Position numbers and translations under genes: made by a program
Shown: piece after piece, positions 57,975 to 64,000 of the stretch
Layout: each line of letters begins with the position of its first letter
Numbering within the stretch: position 1 is the first letter of the stretch
The notes under the pieces: generated by a model
What the model was told of the DNA's origin: nothing
The model's database searches: none
Seen by the model: only the letters and a program-made list of their open reading frames with translations
Assembly (NCBI GenBank): GCA_902575835.1
Contig: CACGSX010000001.1
Location: 146,065 to 210,064 of the forward strand
Reading direction: 5' to 3'
DNA length: 64,000 bases
Source of the DNA: an uncultured Pelagibacteraceae bacterium
GTDB taxonomy: Bacteria > Pseudomonadota > Alphaproteobacteria > Pelagibacterales > Pelagibacteraceae

Positions 57975-58922
57975 ATGCAAACAAACGATAATACAAAAGG
58001 TATTTTGTTTATTATGACTGGAATGGCCTTTTTTTCTATTCAAGACTCATTAATAAAGTTCATTTTTGAGGATATTGCATTATTTGAATTATATTTGGGA
58101 AGAACTTTAATACAGGCGACTATTCTCATATCTTTTTTTTTAATAACAAAAAAAAAATTTACACTTAAAACTCATTATCCTTTTTTAACTTTAGTTAGAG
58201 TTATTTGTTTTTTTTTTGGATTTGCTTTTTTTTATATTTCTTTAACTTTTATGTCTTTAGCGATGGTTAGTGCTTTGTTTTTCTCATGTCCTTTTTTTAT
58301 GTCTATGTTTGCTAAATTTTTCTTAAAGGAACAAATTGGAATTAGAAGATGGAGTGCAATTGTTGTAGGTTTTATAGGAGTATTAATTGTACTTAATCCA
58401 ACACTTGAAGAATTTAATTTTTTTAAATTAGCACCCGTTGGTTGTGCACTTTGTTATGCGTGCTCAATGACAATTACAAAATATACCTCTGATAAAGATA
58501 ATATTTATACTCAAATGACTTTACTTTATATTTTTGCTGTTGTTGTAAGTTTAATTATTTATCTTATTAGTGGAGATGGGAAATTTAATAATTTTTCTGA
58601 TCCTACTTTACAATTTATTGTTAGAGAGTGGTTTACTAACCCTTCGGCTTCTTGGCCTTATGTTTTTGTAATGGGAGTGGTTGCTTCTATATCTTTCTTT
58701 TGTGTCTTTTCAGCTTATAGTATTGCTTCACCGTCAATTGTATCTTTGTTTGAATACTCTTATATAATTTTTGCGATGATTGCAGGATACATATTATTTG
58801 AAACAATACCTGAGCCAAGAACGTTTCTTGGGGCAGCTATTATTATTTCTGCTGGAGTATATATTTACTTTAGGGAAAAAGTCAGAGGTCAAATGATTGC
58901 GACAGACACTCCTAATAGATAA
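57975..58922 (+). CDS. DMT/EamA family transporter
   Basis: Multi-TM; LKEQIGIRRWSA..VGFIGV; FEYS. Confidence 0.85.
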   Translation: MQTNDNTKGILFIMTGMAFFSIQDSLIKFIFEDIALFELYLGRTLIQATILISFFLITKKKFTLKTHYPFLTLVRVICFFFGFAFFYISLTFMSLAMVSALFFSCPFFMSMFAKFFLKEQIGIRRWSAIVVGFIGVLIVLNPTLEEFNFFKLAPVGCALCYACSMTITKYTSDKDNIYTQMTLLYIFAVVVSLIIYLISGDGKFNNFSDPTLQFIVREWFTNPSASWPYVFVMGVVASISFFCVFSAYSIASPSIVSLFEYSYIIFAMIAGYILFETIPEPRTFLGAAIIISAGVYIYFREKVRGQMIATDTPNR

Positions 58923-59034
58923 TTGCTAAAATTATAAGTATTTGTTCGAAAATTGAGATAATTTTCTCATTGAAATAATAAATTAATAGGATTTAATTTT
59001 GATTATACAAATTGTTAACAATTAAAGGGAAAAT

Positions 59035-60225
59035 ATGAAAAAATTACTAATAGGTATATTCGTGTTTATCTTAAGCTTTACTTCAAAAGCTTTTTCAGAT
59101 GGACATGGAATTAAAATGGGTATTATTTTAGGATTTACTGGTCCTATTGAAACCCTTACACCCGCAATGGCTGCTTCTGCTGAACTTGCTTTTAAAGAAG
59201 CTTCAGACTCAGGTTCATTACTTGGTGGAAAGAAAATATCTGTAGAAAGAGCTGACTCAACTTGTGTTGATTCTGCTGCTGCTACAACTGCTGCTGAAGG
59301 TTTAGTTTCAGGTGGTGTTGTTGCTATTATGGGTGCTGATTGTTCTGGTGTTACAGGTGCAATAGCAACTAATGTTGCCGTACCAAATGGTGTTGTTATG
59401 ATTTCACCATCAGCTACATCTCCAGGATTAACTGATCTTAATGATAATGGTTATTTCTTCAGAACTGCTCCATCAGATGCGAGAGGAGGACAAGTTTTAG
59501 CAGATATTACAAAGGACAGAAAAATTAAATCATTAGCGGTAACTCATACTAACAATGACTACGGAAAAGGTTTGGCTGATGTTTATGTAGCTGCAGTTAA
59601 AGCTCATGGTATTAAAGTAACAGCTGTTACAGCACACGAAGAAGGTAAAGGTGACTATGGTGCAGAAGTAGCGACACTTGCAGCAGCAGGTGGAGATGCT
59701 CTTGCTGTTTTAGGTTACTTAGATCAAGCCGGTGGTAGTATAATTCAAGGATCATTAGACTCTGGATCATTTGATACTTTTGTTCTTTCAGATGGAATGA
59801 TTGGTGACTCTCTTACTGACAGATTTGGAAAAGATTTAAATAAATCGTTTGGATCTTTACCGGGATCAATGGGTAAAGGTGCTGGTATATTTAAAGAAGT
59901 TGCTAGTGCTGGTGGTATTGACTCATCAGGTCCTTACACAGGTGAAAGCTATGATGCAGCAGCCTTGATCACGCTTGCAATGCAAGCTGGTGGAAAAGCT
60001 GACAGAATGACTGTTCAAAAAAATGTAATGTCAGTTGCCAATGCTCCTGGAACTAAAATTTATCCAGGTGAATTAAAGAAAGCACTTGATTTATTAGCTA
60101 AAGGTAAGGCGGTAAACTATGAAGGTGCTACAGCTGTTGAGTTTACAGATGTTGGTGAAGCTTTTGGATCTTTTATTGAAAAAGAAATAAAAGGTGGAAA
60201 GTTTAAAGACAAAAAACAGAGATAA
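59035..60225 (+). CDS. Branched-chain amino acid-type (LivJ/K) substrate-binding protein
   Basis: Signal peptide, GADCSG, ISPSATSP, FFRTAPSD, NNDYGKG, YDAA. Confidence 0.88.
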   Translation: MKKLLIGIFVFILSFTSKAFSDGHGIKMGIILGFTGPIETLTPAMAASAELAFKEASDSGSLLGGKKISVERADSTCVDSAAATTAAEGLVSGGVVAIMGADCSGVTGAIATNVAVPNGVVMISPSATSPGLTDLNDNGYFFRTAPSDARGGQVLADITKDRKIKSLAVTHTNNDYGKGLADVYVAAVKAHGIKVTAVTAHEEGKGDYGAEVATLAAAGGDALAVLGYLDQAGGSIIQGSLDSGSFDTFVLSDGMIGDSLTDRFGKDLNKSFGSLPGSMGKGAGIFKEVASAGGIDSSGPYTGESYDAAALITLAMQAGGKADRMTVQKNVMSVANAPGTKIYPGELKKALDLLAKGKAVNYEGATAVEFTDVGEAFGSFIEKEIKGGKFKDKKQR

Positions 60226-60232
60226 TTAGAAA

Positions 60233-60264
60233 TTAAAACCCCAGTTTCTTAACTGGGGTTTTAA
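60233..60264. terminator. Bidirectional intrinsic terminator
   Basis: ttaaaaccccagtt-tctt-aactggggttttaa, 14-bp perfect stem between convergent genes. Confidence 0.88.
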
Positions 60265-60328
60265 AATATATATTTGTCAGATAAATAAAATATTAATCCT
60301 AAAACAATACCTAATAAAATATAATACA

Positions 60329-61699
60329 TTATTGTTTAATAATTTTTTCCGGAATAATTCCTTGTGGTCTATAACGCATTATTAAAAGTAAACCAATTCC
60401 AATAACTAAGAATCTAAAATATGGAGCACTTTCAATTAAGTGAACTCTCACTGCATTAGTTTCTGGCAGATGGGATGTAAACAAATTAATTAAAAATAAT
60501 GCAATTGGAGCAGCTTCGACCCATAAAAACCAAACTACAAATCCCCCTAATATTGCTCCGAAATTATTTCCTGTTCCACCTACTATAACCATGACCCAAA
60601 TTACAAAAGTATATCTCATAGGTCTGTAGCTACCTGGTGTAAACAAGCCGTCATTAGTAACCATCATAGCTCCAGCTAAGCCAACAATTGCAGATCCCAA
60701 AATAAAAATAAGAAGATGCTCTTTAACAATATTTTTACCCATTGCACTTGCCGCCTCTTCATTATCTCTTATAGCTCTCATTTTTCTTCCCCAAGGTGAA
60801 TAAAGGGCTTTCTGTGTCACAATTAACAAGATAATAACAACAGTAAGAAATAAACCTGTAAAACATAATTTTACATAAACTGAGGATGCATCAATAACCA
60901 TTTGATTTAGAGCTTCTTGCTTATCAGAGATTGAATTAATTAAATTTAATTTTGATGAATTAAATTTTGTAACTAAATTTATAAACCATTCTGAAGTTTG
61001 TAGATCTATTTCGTATGGTGCTGGTCTTTTTAATCCTATTACATTTTTTACACCTCTTGCCAACCATTCCTCATGTTTAATAATTGAAACGATAATTTCT
61101 GCTATTAATAATGTTGCAATAGCTAAATAATCTGCACGAAGACCTAATGCGATCTTTCCTATGACAAATGCTAAACTGCCTGCCAACAGCGCACCAAAAA
61201 TCCAGGAAAATAAAACTGGCAATCCCATGCCACCAAGAAATCCTGTCTTTGCTGGATCAACTGACTCGATTGCCTCTATTCCCGGTGCAGCAGTTACTCT
61301 TAGTAAAATTATTCCACCTAAAATTACAGAGGCTACTGAGTAATTTCTTAATTTAGATTTATCAAATCTGTTAAGAATAAATTTAACTACAAAGATAATT
61401 GCAACAATTATCCATATACAAGCCAAAATATTTAAACCTCCAACTTGCCAAGCTTTTTTGACTGGTTCAACCGAAACTAAGACTACAGCTAATCCTCCTA
61501 ATGCAGTGTATCCCATTATCCCAAAATTAATTAATCCAGCATAACCCCATTGTATATTTGCTCCAATTGTCATAACTGCAGAAATTAAACAATAATTTAA
61601 AATAGTTAATGCAATAGACCAGGATTGAAATATCCCAACCAAAATAATTAAAAATATCATGATTGAATATGCAGCGATGACATTTTTATAGTTCTTCAT
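60329..61699 (-). CDS. livM: Liv-type ABC permease LivM
   Basis: GYAGLINFG, LRADYLAIATL, SPWGRKMRAIRDNE, IVGGTGN. Confidence 0.88.
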   Translation of the reverse strand: MKNYKNVIAAYSIMIFLIILVGIFQSWSIALTILNYCLISAVMTIGANIQWGYAGLINFGIMGYTALGGLAVVLVSVEPVKKAWQVGGLNILACIWIIVAIIFVVKFILNRFDKSKLRNYSVASVILGGIILLRVTAAPGIEAIESVDPAKTGFLGGMGLPVLFSWIFGALLAGSLAFVIGKIALGLRADYLAIATLLIAEIIVSIIKHEEWLARGVKNVIGLKRPAPYEIDLQTSEWFINLVTKFNSSKLNLINSISDKQEALNQMVIDASSVYVKLCFTGLFLTVVIILLIVTQKALYSPWGRKMRAIRDNEEAASAMGKNIVKEHLLIFILGSAIVGLAGAMMVTNDGLFTPGSYRPMRYTFVIWVMVIVGGTGNNFGAILGGFVVWFLWVEAAPIALFLINLFTSHLPETNAVRVHLIESAPYFRFLVIGIGLLLIMRYRPQGIIPEKIIKQ

Positions 61700-62706
61700 A
61701 TAACTTTTCCTTTAAAGATACCTGAGGGCCTTATTAATAAAACAATTACTAAAATTGAAAACGAAACAGCAAACTTGTAATCTGTCGATAATAATTGAAG
61801 TAAAGAGTCTGGCTCAAGATGTTCAGGTAATAGATATGAAATAAATCTTTTGTATGCGTAAGTTACAAATATTTCTGCAAAAGCTATAACATATCCACCT
61901 AAGAAAGCTCCAAATGGATTTCCGATTCCTCCAACAATTGCTGCAGCGAATATTGGAAGCATATTATTAAAATAAACAAAAGGTCTATAACTTTTATCTA
62001 AACCGTATAATACTCCACCAATAGTAGCCAAAATTCCTGCGATGACCCATGTTATCAAAACAACTCTCTTAGGATCTATACCAGACAATAATGCTAAATC
62101 TTCATTGTCTGAATAAGCTCTCATACTTGTTCCAGTTTTAGTTCTATTTAAAAACCAAAACATTATTGAAACAACAATTAAGGTTACGATTATTGTTATT
62201 GCTTGTGTTGATTTTAAAGTTATACCTTCTGCAAGACCAGTTATTTCTTTAAATTCTGTTGCTTTAATTATAAATTTTTCACCGTCTAAAAATCTTCTAT
62301 CAGATGGTCCAATGATTATTCTAATTAAGGCTTGGGTAACAAACATAACCCCAACACTGACCATTGCAAACTGGACTGGGGGACTTTTTTTTATCCTATA
62401 ATAACTGAAAACAAATTTATCTATAATTAACATGTATAAAATCATCATTAGGATGGCGAAAGGAATTGTTAAAAGTGCTGTTGGCAAAATACCTAATCCA
62501 ATACCTAAGGACTGAAAATAATAAGTTAGAATAACTGCGAACATTGTTCCAAAAGACATCATGTCTCCTGTTGCAAAATTAGCAAATCTTAAAACTGCAT
62601 AAATTAAAGTAACAAAAATAGCACCTAAAGCTAATTGTGAACCATAAGCTAAGGCTGGTATCACTGTGAAATTAAAAAGTACAATTATTGCATTTAAGAA
62701 ATCCAT
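61696..62706 (-). CDS. livH: Liv-type ABC permease LivH
   Basis: FANFATG, TKTGTSMRA.SDNE..A.LSGID, AAIVGGIG. Confidence 0.88.
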   Translation of the reverse strand: MDFLNAIIVLFNFTVIPALAYGSQLALGAIFVTLIYAVLRFANFATGDMMSFGTMFAVILTYYFQSLGIGLGILPTALLTIPFAILMMILYMLIIDKFVFSYYRIKKSPPVQFAMVSVGVMFVTQALIRIIIGPSDRRFLDGEKFIIKATEFKEITGLAEGITLKSTQAITIIVTLIVVSIMFWFLNRTKTGTSMRAYSDNEDLALLSGIDPKRVVLITWVIAGILATIGGVLYGLDKSYRPFVYFNNMLPIFAAAIVGGIGNPFGAFLGGYVIAFAEIFVTYAYKRFISYLLPEHLEPDSLLQLLSTDYKFAVSFSILVIVLLIRPSGIFKGKVI

Positions 62707-63413
62707 TATGCTCCCAAAAATGATCTACGAACCTCAGGATCCTCAAGTAAATCATTACCGGATCCCTCAAATTTATTTTGACCTGTTACCAATACATAGC
62801 CTCGGTCTGAAATACTTAATGCTTGCTTTGCGTTTTGCTCAACCATAATAACGGCAACATTTGTTTTTTTAACTTTTATTATATGTTCAAACAATTCATC
62901 CATTACAATTGGAGAAACTCCAGCTGTGGGCTCATCTAACATAAGAACTGATGGATCGCTCATTAAAGCTCTTCCAAGCGCAACTTGCTGACGTTGTCCA
63001 CCAGATAATTGTCCGACGACTTGGGATTTTTTTTCACTCAAGATCGGAAATAAACTATAAATACTCTCAATTTTATTTTCTAAACTCCCTTCTGTCAAAA
63101 AGCCACCGATCTCTAAATTTTCTCTAACAGTTAATTCTGCAAATACATTTCTTGTTTGTGGAACGAATGAAATACCTTTTTTTACTCGATCTTGAGGATT
63201 AATTTTTGAAATATCTTCACCATTCAAAGTTACAGAGCCTGATTTTAATTTTAGTAATCCGAGCATCGCTTTCATGGCTGTTGATTTGCCAGCACCATTG
63301 GGACCTAGAATAGCTACTATCTCTCCTCTATTGGCAGTTATGGAACATGAACTAATAATATCAGGGCCATCCCCATAACCTGCAGTCATTTTTGCTCCTT
63401 CAAAGTATGCCAT
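62706..63413 (-). CDS. livF: Liv-type ABC ATPase LivF
   Basis: GPNGAGKST, VPQTRNVF, LSGGQRQ, LDEPTAG, VEQNA. Confidence 0.9.
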   Translation of the reverse strand: MAYFEGAKMTAGYGDGPDIISSCSITANRGEIVAILGPNGAGKSTAMKAMLGLLKLKSGSVTLNGEDISKINPQDRVKKGISFVPQTRNVFAELTVRENLEIGGFLTEGSLENKIESIYSLFPILSEKKSQVVGQLSGGQRQQVALGRALMSDPSVLMLDEPTAGVSPIVMDELFEHIIKVKKTNVAVIMVEQNAKQALSISDRGYVLVTGQNKFEGSGNDLLEDPEVRRSFLGA

Positions 63414-64000
63414 TAAATTTCTTTTTTTGTTAAGTTTGACTTTCCAAGATAGCTTTCAATTACTTTTTCATTTTTTTTGACTTCTTCAGATGTTCCTTCA
63501 AATAAAACTGAACCATCTGCCATTACTATTACTGGATCACACATTCTGCTTATAAAATCCATATCATGCTCTATCATACAAAAAGTGTAATTTTTTTCTT
63601 TATTCAATTTTAATATTGCAGTTCCTAGATCTTTTAAAAGTGTTCTATTAACTCCCGCTCCTACTTCATCAAGTAAAACCAATTTTGCATCAACCATCAT
63701 AGTCCGTCCTAATTCTAATAATTTTTTTTGACCTCCTGATAGGTTTCCTGCCCTTTCATTAGCTAAATGTGTTAAATTAAGAAAATCTACAACCTCATAG
63801 GCTTTTTCTCTTATAACTTTTTCCTCTTTTTTAACTAGTCCAGGTTTAATAAGTGCATTTAATAAATTTTCTCCACTTTGATTTGATGGCACCATCATTA
63901 AGTTTTCTAAAACTGTTAGGTTTGAAAATTCATGTGCAATCTGAAAGGTTCTTAATAATCCTCTGCCAAACAACTCATGCGATGGTATATCAGTAATATT
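63413..64000 (-). CDS. livG: Liv-type ABC ATPase LivG (5' end beyond the window)
   Basis: RTFQ, LSGGQKKLLE, LLDEVGAGVN, IEHDM; the frame stays open to base 64000. Confidence 0.88.
   Translation of the reverse strand, partial: NITDIPSHELFGRGLLRTFQIAHEFSNLTVLENLMMVPSNQSGENLLNALIKPGLVKKEEKVIREKAYEVVDFLNLTHLANERAGNLSGGQKKLLELGRTMMVDAKLVLLDEVGAGVNRTLLKDLGTAILKLNKEKNYTFCMIEHDMDFISRMCDPVIVMADGSVLFEGTSEEVKKNEKVIESYLGKSNLTKKEI

Noticed and set aside
2451-62848. About 35 short (60-119 aa) ORFs in the track lying antisense or out of frame within longer genes (e.g. 2451, 16839, 24388, 25833, 41044, 45738, 54054)
   Set aside because: They overlap well-supported genes and show no family motifs; they are typical shadow ORFs.
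1-64000. Mobile elements, prophage, CRISPR array, tRNA/rRNA, defence systems
   Set aside because: I saw no integrase or transposase, no repeat-spacer array and no GC-rich structured RNA; nearly all sequence is accounted for by metabolic CDS.

Overview
This is a very AT-rich, densely coded window with about 57 genes, many 1-4 nt stop/start overlaps and short intergenic spacers. Gene content and style are typical of a streamlined marine alphaproteobacterium, most likely SAR11/Pelagibacterales (inference from gene repertoire and composition). I found no rRNA, tRNA, CRISPR, IS element, integrase or transcription-factor gene. Layout: (1) 1-14.7 kb holds housekeeping and amino-acid genes (yjbQ, zapE, a phage-like cupin, bamB, yfgM-like, acnA, LysE, csaA, argE, ALDH, a ureohydrolase preceded by an uncalled 44-aa membrane ORF, metallopeptidase, cyclophilin, FadN-like). 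(2) 14.8-26.7 kb is a self-contained cassette: a Dpp/Opp-type ABC importer transcribed divergently from an operon of GcvT-family demethylase, peptidase E, FMN 2-hydroxy-acid oxidase, ThDP lyase/decarboxylase, an atypical transthyretin/HIUase-like protein and a variant DmdA. This is the best candidate for an undescribed catabolic system, probably for a methylated sulfonium/onium solute other than DMSP. (3) 26.7-44 kb holds a thiolase, a Pot-type ABC importer co-oriented with ectoine-hydrolase-like doeA and eutA, a second ALDH, two His/Cys/Cys homocysteine S-methyltransferase-like genes, msrA, hydrolases, Fe-ADH and DMT transporters. (4) 44-59 kb is a quaternary-ammonium cluster: ProU-like importer with fused permease and two ATPases, gamma-butyrobetaine dioxygenase, carnitine dehydrogenase/BKACE/thioesterase, CitE-like lyase, a TmpB/PhnZ-like HD oxygenase without its usual partner, betA and two GFA proteins. 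(5) 59-64 kb is a Liv-type ABC importer. Functional calls come from motif recognition and recalled family knowledge, not from database searches.
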